Assembly (NCBI GenBank): GCA_964620145.1
Contig: CAZUGR010000001.1
Location: 73-64,072, forward strand
From: an uncultured Candidatus Saccharibacteria bacterium
GTDB lineage: Bacteria; Patescibacteriota; Minisyncoccia; Phycocordibacterales; UBA1006
Direction of reading: 5' to 3'
DNA length: 64,000 nucleotides
Below, piece by piece: positions 53,017 to 61,973 of this stretch. A model generated the notes under the pieces. It was not told the origin of the DNA, searched no databases, and saw only the letters and a program-made list of their open reading frames with translations. Both the position numbers and the translations under genes were made by a program. Positions within the stretch are counted from its first letter, which is position 1. The number at the start of each line of letters is the position of its first letter.

Positions 53017-53145
53017 ACCCCGCCGCTTGCGACAAAATGCTTCGTTCCTCGCATTTCGTAAACCGCTTCGTTTTTTCGATTCCTTATTCGCAAGTAAAAT
53101 ACAAAAAAAATGAATGCTTTCGCATCCGATTTTAAGTATTTTATG

Positions 53146-53216
53146 TGCGGCGTAAGAGAATCGAACTCTTGTCCACTGCTTGGAAGGCAGTTATTCTACC
53201 ACTAAACTAACACCGC
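53146..53216 (-). tRNA. tRNA-Gly (anticodon UCC)
   Basis: Reverse complement GCGGTGTTAGTTTAGTGGTAGAATAACTGCCTTCCAAGCAGTGGACAAGAGTTCGATTCTCTTACGCCGCA. Anticodon loop CTTCCAA. No encoded CCA. Confidence 0.9.
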
Positions 53217-53302
53217 ATTGCAGAGAGTATAGCATATCAAGGAAATTTATCAAGTATCCAAAATAAAAATACTGGTCTCGACAGTATTTTTATAAACGAT
53301 GC

Positions 53303-53575
53303 TTATTTAACAGTATCTTTTAATGCTTTTCCAGCTTTGAACTTTGGAGCATTTTTAGCTGCTACTTTTACCATTTCTCCAGTTTTTGGATTACGAGCCA
53401 TTCGTTCTGCTTTTTTAGTAATTGAAAAGATACCAAAACCAGCAATTGAAACTTCTTCACCTTTTTTAAGGGTATTAGTAATAGCATCAAAAATAGATTG
53501 CACTACTTCTTCTGATTGTACTTTAGTTCCGCCGATTTTTTCGTGAACTAAAGTTGAAAGATCTGCTTTATTCAT
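53303..53575 (-). CDS. hup: HU-family nucleoid DNA-binding protein
   Basis: 90 aa. MNKADL...VSIAGFGIFSITKKAERMARNPKTGEMVKVAAKNAPKFKAGKALKD is canonical HU. Confidence 0.9.
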   Translation of the reverse strand: MNKADLSTLVHEKIGGTKVQSEEVVQSIFDAITNTLKKGEEVSIAGFGIFSITKKAERMARNPKTGEMVKVAAKNAPKFKAGKALKDTVK

Positions 53576-53768
53576 AGTAGAAAATAATTAGGAGACTTTC
53601 TCAAAGGCCTTTGAGGGTGTCTCGATTAGAATAATAATGCTCTAGAGCCTATTGGAATAAATTTTTATTCATTATTCCAAAAGACTCTTATAGTATAGGA
53701 CATTTTTTACCATGTTGGGAATATTGACAAAATGAAATATTTTGTTATAGTTTTTATAAAAATTTAAT

Positions 53769-54059
53769 ATGTTTAAAAAATTATTCAAAAAAGTTAAAGA
53801 AAAAGGAGCCCAAACCTCTGAAATATTTCCTTTCGTGCTTAACAAAAAGCCACGAAAGGTAGAAATTTCTGAGGGAAAAATTGAATTCTTGCTTGATCAA
53901 GGAGAAGATATTCATTCTTTGGTCAAGAAATTAAACGAACAGCAAAATAAGGGTGAAATAGATACCTTTGCTGTTTCAAATGAAAAAGTGGTTATTATTA
54001 CTCAGCGTAATAATAACCAAAAAATCAAATTGGAAAGAACAAATATTACAATTGTGTAA
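53769..54059 (+). CDS. Small hypothetical protein
   Basis: 96 aa. TTGACA-16-TATAGT promoter at about 53724-53751 and a terminator downstream. Confidence 0.4.
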   Translation: MFKKLFKKVKEKGAQTSEIFPFVLNKKPRKVEISEGKIEFLLDQGEDIHSLVKKLNEQQNKGEIDTFAVSNEKVVIITQRNNNQKIKLERTNITIV

Positions 54060-54146
54060 TAAATTCTTTTCATTTTTCAGTATAAAACCTTTCCCGTAAC
54101 GGAAAAGGTTTTTTTGTTTTCTCATTCAATATGGTATATTTATAGT

Positions 54147-54359
54147 ATGAAGTTTAATTTTGAAAAATCAAAAAAGCCTAAAACCAAAGACGTTATTGGT
54201 ACTATTGATCCAAATAGTGCAGAAATGAGAAAGGAAACTCCAGAAATCCGTAAAGAGCGTGCACGATCAGAAGCTGAATCTGGAGTAAAAGCAAATATAT
54301 ACAAAGATCGCTCAAAATATGACCGCAAGACCAAACATAAAGGAAAAAGTTTCGAATAA
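54147..54359 (+). CDS. Small, highly basic hypothetical protein
   Basis: 70 aa from the ATG at 54147 (MKFNFEKSKKPKTKD...KTKHKGKSFE). Followed by a bidirectional terminator (AAAAATACGC-ttta-tGCGTATTTTTT). Confidence 0.4.
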   Translation: MKFNFEKSKKPKTKDVIGTIDPNSAEMRKETPEIRKERARSEAESGVKANIYKDRSKYDRKTKHKGKSFE

Positions 54360-54382
54360 AAAATACGCTTTATGCGTATTTT

Positions 54383-55897
54383 TTATCGTGCATATTCAAT
54401 AACTCTGTTTTCTCGAATAACGGTTACTTTGATTTCTCCTGGATAACGTAAATCTTGTTCAATTTTTATTGCCATATCTCGAGCAATTCTCCTTGCTTGA
54501 ATATCGTTTAATTGTTCTGGATGAACAAATACACGAATTTCTCGCCCTGCTTGGAGTGCGTATGATTTCATAACACCTCGGAATGTATTTGCAACTGCTT
54601 CGAGTTCTCGTAATCGTTTGATATAGTTTTCTAATGTGTCACGACGAGCTCCTGGTCGTGATCCACTAATCATATCGCATGCTTGCACAATACTTGCCTC
54701 GAGCGATTCATGAGGGTATTCATCGTGATGACTTCTCATTGCAATAACAACTCGTTCATCAACACTAAATTTTTGTAAAATACGAATACCAATTTCCACG
54801 TGAGTTCCTTCAATTTCATGATCGAGAGCTTTTCCAATATCATGAACGAGTCCTGCAAATTTTGCAACATAGGGATCTGCACCAATCTCTGATGCCACCA
54901 TTTCACAGAGATGGGCAACCTCGATACTGTGTTTCAATACATTTTGTCCGTAACTGGTTCGGAAATGGAGTCGTCCTAGTATAGAAACAAGTCGAGGATC
55001 AACATTCATAATTCCGCACTCATACATTGCTTCTTCTCCTTTTTTCTTTACAATCTCATGAATTTCATTTTGTGCTTTCTCTACAAATTCTTCTATTTTT
55101 GCAGGTTGGATACGTCCATCTTTGATCAAGTTCTCCAAGGCAACACGAGCAACTTGTCGTCGAATGGGATCAAAACAAGAAATAACAATTTCATGAGGTG
55201 AATCATCAATAAGTAGTTCAACTCCAGCAACACGTTCAAATGTGCGAATATTGCGACCTTCTTTTCCGATAATTTTTCCTTTGATTTCATCATTTTCAAT
55301 TTCTACTGATGTAGTGGTGAGTTCTGATGCGGTTGATGAAGCAAGTCGATTAATAGCTGTAGTAAGAATATTCTTGGCTCGTTCTTTGATTTTTTCTTCC
55401 CCAAAAATACTGAGCTTCTGGATTCGATTTTCTAAATCTACCATATGCTTTGTTTCAACTTCTTGGATAAGTGTTTGCAATGCTTCACCTTGAGTGAGTT
55501 GGGCGATAGATTCGAGTGTTTCTGTTCTTGTTTTGATGAGGTCTTCGGCTTTTTCTTTGAGATTTTTTACTTCCTCTGTTCTGGATTTTATGTTTTCATA
55601 TCCTTGATCAAGATCGTTTTGTCTTTTGTCGAGATTGCGTTCTCGTTGTTCGAGGTGTTCTTTGGTTTTTGCAAAATCTCGTTCACGTTCACGTTCAAGT
55701 TCCCGACTTTGAGTCAGAGTTTTTTCTGCGCGATTTTCTGCATCGTTCATAATTTCTTGGGCATCGGTTCGTGCTTTGAGCATGATTTCAGCAACATCAG
55801 CCTCGAGAGATTTTTTTTGGAGACGAGCAACGAGTACTCGGATAAAATACCCAGCAATAATTCCAATTGCAAGGGAGATAAGAATTTTAAATAACAT
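54383..55897 (-). CDS. rny: Ribonuclease Y
   Basis: 504 aa. N-terminal TM, coiled coil, KH domain (GKIIGKEGRNIRTFE), HD domain (HDIGKA...HH). Confidence 0.9.
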   Translation of the reverse strand: MLFKILISLAIGIIAGYFIRVLVARLQKKSLEADVAEIMLKARTDAQEIMNDAENRAEKTLTQSRELERERERDFAKTKEHLEQRERNLDKRQNDLDQGYENIKSRTEEVKNLKEKAEDLIKTRTETLESIAQLTQGEALQTLIQEVETKHMVDLENRIQKLSIFGEEKIKERAKNILTTAINRLASSTASELTTTSVEIENDEIKGKIIGKEGRNIRTFERVAGVELLIDDSPHEIVISCFDPIRRQVARVALENLIKDGRIQPAKIEEFVEKAQNEIHEIVKKKGEEAMYECGIMNVDPRLVSILGRLHFRTSYGQNVLKHSIEVAHLCEMVASEIGADPYVAKFAGLVHDIGKALDHEIEGTHVEIGIRILQKFSVDERVVIAMRSHHDEYPHESLEASIVQACDMISGSRPGARRDTLENYIKRLRELEAVANTFRGVMKSYALQAGREIRVFVHPEQLNDIQARRIARDMAIKIEQDLRYPGEIKVTVIRENRVIEYAR

Positions 55898-56113
55898 GAT
55901 TCAAGGGAAACAAGGAAATTCCTTATTTCAAGTTTAAAGAGTAAGGATATTTTTTGAAAAATTTATTGAGTACAAGAACAAATAAGAGTAAAAAGAAGAA
56001 ATAATTCAAACAGGATAGGAGAATCTTGTACTGATGCGATAATAGCATAGAATAAACCACTTGACAAGAACCTATGAAACGAGTATGTTGTTTCAGAATC
56101 AAAAAAAATAATT

Positions 56114-56539
56114 ATGAGACAGCAGAAGAGTTTTTTTACAAGAGTATTAGTGGGTGCGTTAATACTCTCATGGATTATTGGGATTAGTACCGTAATAAAA
56201 AATAATACCAAGAAAGCACAGAACACTCATCAGGTTGAGAGAGTGGAGTTATCAGAAAATATTTATGAAAATGTAGAAATCCCTAACGATTCTTCGATCA
56301 TATATATTCTGAGAGATACGGTCAGTAAACATGGATCGCTCATGCGAGACTTACGCATTGATTATGCGACCGCTCTGCAGATTGCGAAGCGTGAAAAAAT
56401 TCCTCTGGTTCGAGACCGAAACGGAAAATTGCAACCCATTGTTCATGAGGGAGACGTATTCGTTTATTATCGATTGTGTTCTGGAGAGTCCGGATATTTC
56501 AAGGATTGTCCAGAGTATCTCTGCATGAGTTTTGATTAA
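56114..56539 (+). CDS. Membrane-anchored hypothetical protein
   Basis: 141 aa with one TM (VLVGALILSWIIGISTVI). Candidate promoter TTGACA-17-TATGTT about 35 nt upstream. Terminator palindrome at 56547-56573. Confidence 0.45.
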   Translation: MRQQKSFFTRVLVGALILSWIIGISTVIKNNTKKAQNTHQVERVELSENIYENVEIPNDSSIIYILRDTVSKHGSLMRDLRIDYATALQIAKREKIPLVRDRNGKLQPIVHEGDVFVYYRLCSGESGYFKDCPEYLCMSFD

Positions 56540-56574
56540 AAATTTAAATTCCCTACAAATTTGTAGGGAATTTT

Positions 56575-57159
56575 TTATCGTTTGGTAATTATTTTATCAA
56601 CGATTCCATATTTCACTGCTTCATCTGCAGACATATAATAATCTCGATCGGCATCTTTTTCAATTTGAGCAAGACTTTTGCCAGTATTTTTTGCAAGCAT
56701 TTTGTAGAGTACTTGTTTTGTTTTCAAGATATGTTCTGCAGCAATAGCAATATCAGAAGCTTGTCCTTCTGTTCCACCAAGTGGTTGATGAATCATTACT
56801 TCAGAATTAGGGAGAACATATCGTTTTCCTTTTGCACCAGCAGAAAGAATCATTGCGCCCATTGATGCTGCCATTCCAATACATACCACAGAAACATCTG
56901 GTTTTACAAAATTCATTGTATCAATAATGGCGAGTCCTGCAGTTACATGACCACCAGGAGAGTTCACATAAATAGTGATATCTTTTTTGTTATCTTCATT
57001 TTCAAGGAAGATAAGTTGAGCAATAATAATATTAGCAATACTTGCATCGATTGCTCCAGTAAGAAAGATAATACGGTCCTTGAGTAGTCGTGAATAGATA
57101 TCGTACGCTCGTTCTCCGAGAGGTGTTTTTTCGAGTACAGTAGGTACTAGGTAAGACAT
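56575..57159 (-). CDS. clpP: ATP-dependent Clp protease proteolytic subunit
   Basis: 194 aa. GMAASMGA (active-site Ser), MIHQPLGG (His), and a downstream Asp (ADRD) as the third triad residue. Confidence 0.95.
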   Translation of the reverse strand: MSYLVPTVLEKTPLGERAYDIYSRLLKDRIIFLTGAIDASIANIIIAQLIFLENEDNKKDITIYVNSPGGHVTAGLAIIDTMNFVKPDVSVVCIGMAASMGAMILSAGAKGKRYVLPNSEVMIHQPLGGTEGQASDIAIAAEHILKTKQVLYKMLAKNTGKSLAQIEKDADRDYYMSADEAVKYGIVDKIITKR

Positions 57160-57277
57160 AAATAAATGGGAAAAGTTAACAGTAAATAAGGATAAGGGAA
57201 CAGAACATCAATCATACCATGTTCCCTTGTGTGGACTGTAGCATAAAAAATTAAAAACAAAAACCCTTGAATTGGGT

Positions 57278-58348
57278 TTATTTTTGTTCTTCTAACCAAT
57301 CAAATACGGCAGTGTTGGTGAGAATTTGAGTTACATAATTAACTACATTTTCTTTTTGAATTGATTCTTGTGAATACATTTCCATGAGTTTTGCAACTTC
57401 GGTATCAATTTTTTCTTGATCAGCTTTGATAGTGAATTCTTCTGCAATTTTTTCAAGAGTGAGTTGCATGCGAACTCTTTTTTCTGCTTGTTCTCGCCAT
57501 TCATTTTTCATATCTTCAATTTTCTTTCCGATATGATTCAGGTATTCATCAATCTTCATTCCGTTCATGGCGAGGTCATGTTTAAATTGTTCAAGCATTT
57601 TTTCAAGTTCAAAATCTACAATACTTGCTGGAATATCATATTCACCTTTTGCAATGATGGCTTCAATGATGGCAATGCGACGTTTTTCATGTTCGTTTGC
57701 TTGCTTTTCTTTTTTCATATTTTCTTGTAATTGTTTTTTGAAATCTGCAACATCGGCAAATTCACCAAGAGTTTTTACATATTCATCAGTGAGTTCTGGT
57801 AATTGATCGTCTGGAATATTTTGATGATTATGATCGTGGTGTTCTACATCGTCGTCATGCATTTTTTGATGAGCTCGCATTTGTCGGATTTCTCGAATTG
57901 CATTTTCAATTTCTTGATCAGAAATTTCAGAGGTGATAATTTCCTTGTTATTTTCTTTAGCAATTGCAACTACATCAGAAATTGTAATCGTTGGAAGTAC
58001 GTCAGTAGTAATCACATATTCAATATCGTTTTCAGGTGCCATTTTGGTAATATTGATTTCAGGGCGACTGATTGGTTGAATTGCTGATCTTTCAACGATT
58101 GTTGGATATGATTCGGTAAGTGCTCGATCTGCCATTTCTGCAAGAAGTCCCATTTCTCCGATTCGTTCAAAGATTTTTGATTCTGGAACGTGACCTTTGC
58201 GGAATCCGTCAATTTCCATGGTTTCTTTTAATTCTTTGAGTACCTGCGATCGAAAAGTGGTAACTTCTGCAATTGGGATAGTTACGGTAATTTCTACACG
58301 ACTATTAGGAAGTTTATTTGTTTTTGTAGTGATATTTGCTGTATTCAT
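57278..58348 (-). CDS. tig: Trigger factor
   Basis: 356 aa from the ATG at 58348. N-terminal ribosome-binding region (GFRKGHVP motif). Sits upstream of clpP as in many bacteria. The PPIase domain appears reduced. Confidence 0.8.
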   Translation of the reverse strand: MNTANITTKTNKLPNSRVEITVTIPIAEVTTFRSQVLKELKETMEIDGFRKGHVPESKIFERIGEMGLLAEMADRALTESYPTIVERSAIQPISRPEINITKMAPENDIEYVITTDVLPTITISDVVAIAKENNKEIITSEISDQEIENAIREIRQMRAHQKMHDDDVEHHDHNHQNIPDDQLPELTDEYVKTLGEFADVADFKKQLQENMKKEKQANEHEKRRIAIIEAIIAKGEYDIPASIVDFELEKMLEQFKHDLAMNGMKIDEYLNHIGKKIEDMKNEWREQAEKRVRMQLTLEKIAEEFTIKADQEKIDTEVAKLMEMYSQESIQKENVVNYVTQILTNTAVFDWLEEQK

Positions 58349-58528
58349 GTTTGTTACCTTACCAGAAAAAAGCAATAAATGCAAAAAATAATGCCTCAAT
58401 AGTTGACTTTATGTTAAAAAATGGTATTTTCAATTTTAAGTGTGTTTTTTGTCAATTAATTAGTTTGGTGGATAGAGAATTTATTAAAAAATAATCAATT
58501 TTTTGTTCACCAAATTAATTTTAAATAA

Positions 58529-60760
58529 ATGAAAAAAATTTTTACCGCAATGATTCTATTGATAACAATAGGTTTTGCAAATGCGCAAAAGAATGGTTTC
58601 TATGAAACTGATTCTGTATTTTTCGAGGTTACATGGAATATTCCAAATAATCATCAAGTCATGTATTCAGTAAATCAATTCACTGAAAGTAGTTACAAAA
58701 ATTATATCCAAGGTTTTTGGTTGTATAATAACCGTTCCCAAGAAGAAAATACTTGGGAAAATAATTTATATGCAGATGAACCTTGTTATAGTTTTGATTC
58801 ACATCTATTAAAAGGTAATCTAAATAAAGTAAATACAATTAGAGTTCAGCTAATTGATACTATTGAAAACAAAATCAAAAAAGATTCTATCTACATTATT
58901 GGATTTGGCAAGAATCCTCATAATCATTATGTATTGTTTGCAACTATTGATTCAAGCGACCACGCAGAAGTTTTTCAGAATTATAATGATGATATTAAGA
59001 AACGAGTCTGGTTACACATTTTAAAACCTGATGGAACTTTTGAGATCAGTCAGCCGGTAGAATTTGATATTGCTGCTGGAAGCTCTGCTTGTTTACCCAA
59101 CAAGGGTGTTGCATTTAAGGCCACCAAAGATAGTCCTATCAATGGGCCAAATAATTTTAAGACAAGTATTTTTTCCAAAGATTACAAAGAAGAAATCAAG
59201 AAAATAAAAATGCGTGTTGGTGGTTCTGGGCAAAATGGTTCTTTTGGTATTAATGAAATTTGCTTACGCATTATTGATTATCCAGATTGGAAGATTGGTG
59301 GCGTACGAAACACTGTGGGAACTTGGTATTTGAACGGTTCGTATTGGTCGCTCGGATTTCCACAGGTGAAACCCAACGAGCGATATATTGCCGAAGAATA
59401 TAGTATTCATAAAGATTCTGTAGATATTATTTATCCAATTCCATTCAATATTTATTTTGATACAATGTATGCAGGTAGTGAGGATGGCATCAGGGGGAAT
59501 TTTATAGTATTTGAACCAGCAACTGCACAGATGTTGGGTTACCCTGATATTGTATTTTTCGCAGGTAACCAAGTCATTGATAACTTGGCAATTATTCGAG
59601 ATCCTGATGGAAGGAAAAGAGTCGTTGCCAATGCAGAAGAAGGAACAGCTATACATATCCAACCTATTTTCCAGTCATTGACAGATTTACAGGCAGACAC
59701 TGTTTCCGATCATTATCATACGATTGATTCGTTGATAGATTTGGGCAGTTGGTTGCGATATCTATGCTTGATACATTATTTCGGAATGACTGATGTGATT
59801 TCTAATAATGTGAGCATTGGATTAAGTTACCGACACAAACCTTTTATTTTGATGGAAGATTTCGATGGGGTTCCGAGCTCCTATAATAATTGGGATACTG
59901 AAATAGCAAACAATGATGATTCTTATTTTGGGATTATGCATGAGATAATTCAAAACATAATTCTAAAATCTCCGAAATGCAGAGACCGAATGATGCTCGT
60001 ATATCAGGATATGTTGAATACTGGATTATTGCCCAGTAGAACAGTTCCTATTGTTGAGGATATGATTGATGAACTAATGCCTGAATATGGTTATTACTAT
60101 CAATCGTGGGGAGGTTACCCTAATGGTGGAATCGACTCAACTAGTCAAAAAAATATGCTAGAAAATTTCAAGTACTTTTTAGAATCAAGACCTAATATTT
60201 CTGCACAACTACTTACTGATAGGTGGCAACCAAAAGATAGTTTTAATATTACGGATAAAAAAACAATAACTGTAATCTTCGACTCTATTCCTGAAAATAG
60301 TGTTCAGTTAAAGTTGAATAGTTTAAATTTAGATTCAAATTTTATAGGTTTATATTTTCCAAAACCAGATTTACAAATTTCTTATACTGTTTCGCCAGAA
60401 TACAATATTCTTATTAAAGAATATCCTGATTCTTCTAATAATTTCAATTTGTCTTGCGATTCAAATCTTACGATTACTTTTGTGTTGAGAGAAAAGATAG
60501 TAAGTAATATATCAAAAAATATTTTTGAAAATAAAATAAAGATATCTCCAAATCCTGTTAATGATATTTTCACTATAAAAAATATTAATCAAGAAAAATA
60601 TTCTATTGAAATTTTTAATACAAATGGAGTAAAAATATTTTCACAAAAAGAAAATATTTTTGAAACGCATATTGATGTGAGTAGTTTTGTAAAAGGTATG
60701 TATGTGGTAGTAATACGTACTACTCATGATCAATTGAGTAAGAAAATTTTAAAATTCTAG
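58529..60760 (+). CDS. Secreted CotH-like protein with a T9SS (Por) type A C-terminal sorting domain
   Basis: 743 aa. Bacteroidota-style signal peptide MKKIFTAMILLITIGFANAQ. CotH-like LRYLCLIHYFGMTDVISNN...MEDFDG. C-terminal KISPNPVNDIFTIKNI...IEIFNTNGVKIF...IDVSSFVKGMYVVVIRT...KKILKF matches the Por_Secre_tail pattern. Confidence 0.6.
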   Translation: MKKIFTAMILLITIGFANAQKNGFYETDSVFFEVTWNIPNNHQVMYSVNQFTESSYKNYIQGFWLYNNRSQEENTWENNLYADEPCYSFDSHLLKGNLNKVNTIRVQLIDTIENKIKKDSIYIIGFGKNPHNHYVLFATIDSSDHAEVFQNYNDDIKKRVWLHILKPDGTFEISQPVEFDIAAGSSACLPNKGVAFKATKDSPINGPNNFKTSIFSKDYKEEIKKIKMRVGGSGQNGSFGINEICLRIIDYPDWKIGGVRNTVGTWYLNGSYWSLGFPQVKPNERYIAEEYSIHKDSVDIIYPIPFNIYFDTMYAGSEDGIRGNFIVFEPATAQMLGYPDIVFFAGNQVIDNLAIIRDPDGRKRVVANAEEGTAIHIQPIFQSLTDLQADTVSDHYHTIDSLIDLGSWLRYLCLIHYFGMTDVISNNVSIGLSYRHKPFILMEDFDGVPSSYNNWDTEIANNDDSYFGIMHEIIQNIILKSPKCRDRMMLVYQDMLNTGLLPSRTVPIVEDMIDELMPEYGYYYQSWGGYPNGGIDSTSQKNMLENFKYFLESRPNISAQLLTDRWQPKDSFNITDKKTITVIFDSIPENSVQLKLNSLNLDSNFIGLYFPKPDLQISYTVSPEYNILIKEYPDSSNNFNLSCDSNLTITFVLREKIVSNISKNIFENKIKISPNPVNDIFTIKNINQEKYSIEIFNTNGVKIFSQKENIFETHIDVSSFVKGMYVVVIRTTHDQLSKKILKF

Positions 60761-60865
60761 ATACTCATGGAGTATCAAACCCCTTTTCCGAAAGGGGTTT
60801 TTGTTTACGGAATTTTTTAATCAGGTATACTAGAGGTATTATTAGTAACATTAAATATAATATTT

Positions 60866-61315
60866 ATGAAAAAACCACAAAAATCATTCCATGCGTCTTG
60901 GAGGCATTGGGGATTGCTCGTATTGCGAATAACGCTCGGAGGAATTTTCCTCTACCATGGAATGGTGAAACTCACCGATATGACGCAGACGATTACCTCA
61001 TTCGCATCACTTGGATTCTCTCCTTTTTGGGCATGGATTACTGCGATTGCACAGGCACTCGGTGGACTCTTCGTTTTGATTGGATATTTCACGCGACAGG
61101 CATCATTCGTTCTTGCGATTGTTATGGTAGTTGCTGCATATTCTGTTTCGGGGAACGGTTGGAAATCTATGGAGCTTCCTGTAGTACTGTTCGGACTTGC
61201 TACGGGATTGAGTTTGATCGGGTGCGGGCGATACAGTCTCTGTTCGTTCCGTCATCGTAGGCAGTGTAAAGAAAGTGTATGCCAAGAAGGGTGCAGTTGT
61301 TCCTGTTATCAATAA
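60866..61315 (+). CDS. DoxX-family membrane protein with a Cys-rich C-terminal tail
   Basis: 149 aa. LLVLRITLGGIFLYHG...ALGGLFVLIGYFTR...GRYSL is DoxX-like. The tail is CSFRHRRQCKESVCQEGCSCSCYQ. Visibly higher GC than its surroundings. Confidence 0.7.
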   Translation: MKKPQKSFHASWRHWGLLVLRITLGGIFLYHGMVKLTDMTQTITSFASLGFSPFWAWITAIAQALGGLFVLIGYFTRQASFVLAIVMVVAAYSVSGNGWKSMELPVVLFGLATGLSLIGCGRYSLCSFRHRRQCKESVCQEGCSCSCYQ

Positions 61316-61433
61316 TAAAACACCTCCTAGGAGGTGTTTTATTATTGATTCAGAAATTGTGCATTATTCATTCGTGATGTATGCTCGAAATTTTTTGAAA
61401 ATCCGCAATGGGTATTCCCTCTCTGGAAATTGA

Positions 61434-61928
61434 TTACTCTCCGAAAATAACAGGAGTAATAAGCTCATCTCGTTCTGGGTTGAATGGTGCCTCACCATCA
61501 GATGGATCGTTTTTCACGAAACGGATTGATCCTGTACCTGTATAGTCGAATGATGCAGGAAGTGTAGCAGTGAACCTGACACTCTGGGTAGTCATCCAGT
61601 CTTCATTGGTTTTCGCGGTTACGGTTGTGAAAATTTCGTTCTCTGCAGTACGGAGTTCAACAGGGAAATTCCCTTTGAAGAAATAGTAGTTCGGAGCAGT
61701 CCCCGTGATAATTTGTTCTGGTGAGACGGTGTCGTTCGGTTGGAGATCGTTGATGAAAATAATCGCGGTTGGGGGATTTTGTACTATTGGTTGAGCGTCT
61801 GATGATGGTGTCGGTGCGACGGTTCGCTTGGGTAAAAAGATGAGCGCAATGAACGCGAAAACGAACGTAACCAGTGCGAGTCCGAGAATGCCGATCCGAT
61901 GATGATGTTGTTCGATGATTTTTCTCAT
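61434..61928 (-). CDS. Membrane-anchored protein with a Gmad2-like Ig-fold domain
   Basis: 164 aa from the ATG at 61928. TM ILGLALVTFVFAFIALIFL. ITGTAPNYYFFKGNFPVEL resembles Gmad2-type domains. Confidence 0.45.
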   Translation of the reverse strand: MRKIIEQHHHRIGILGLALVTFVFAFIALIFLPKRTVAPTPSSDAQPIVQNPPTAIIFINDLQPNDTVSPEQIITGTAPNYYFFKGNFPVELRTAENEIFTTVTAKTNEDWMTTQSVRFTATLPASFDYTGTGSIRFVKNDPSDGEAPFNPERDELITPVIFGE

Positions 61929-61973
61929 ATATATAGCGTACAGTAATCCCGAGAAAAACACAACAGAAACGCC

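Noticed and set aside
52944-53135. Protein-coding interpretation of the GC-rich segment (ORFs 52944..53135 plus strand and 52738..52998 minus strand)
   Set aside because: The Arg/Cys/Ser-rich translations have no protein-like pattern. One overlaps a terminator and the end of the upstream gene. The segment is better explained as a tRNA-related relic or insert.
55963-56226. 87-aa minus-strand ORF between rny and the 141-aa gene
   Set aside because: It overlaps the start of the better-supported plus-strand gene and its TTGACA-17-TATGTT promoter, and the product looks like hydrophobic junk.
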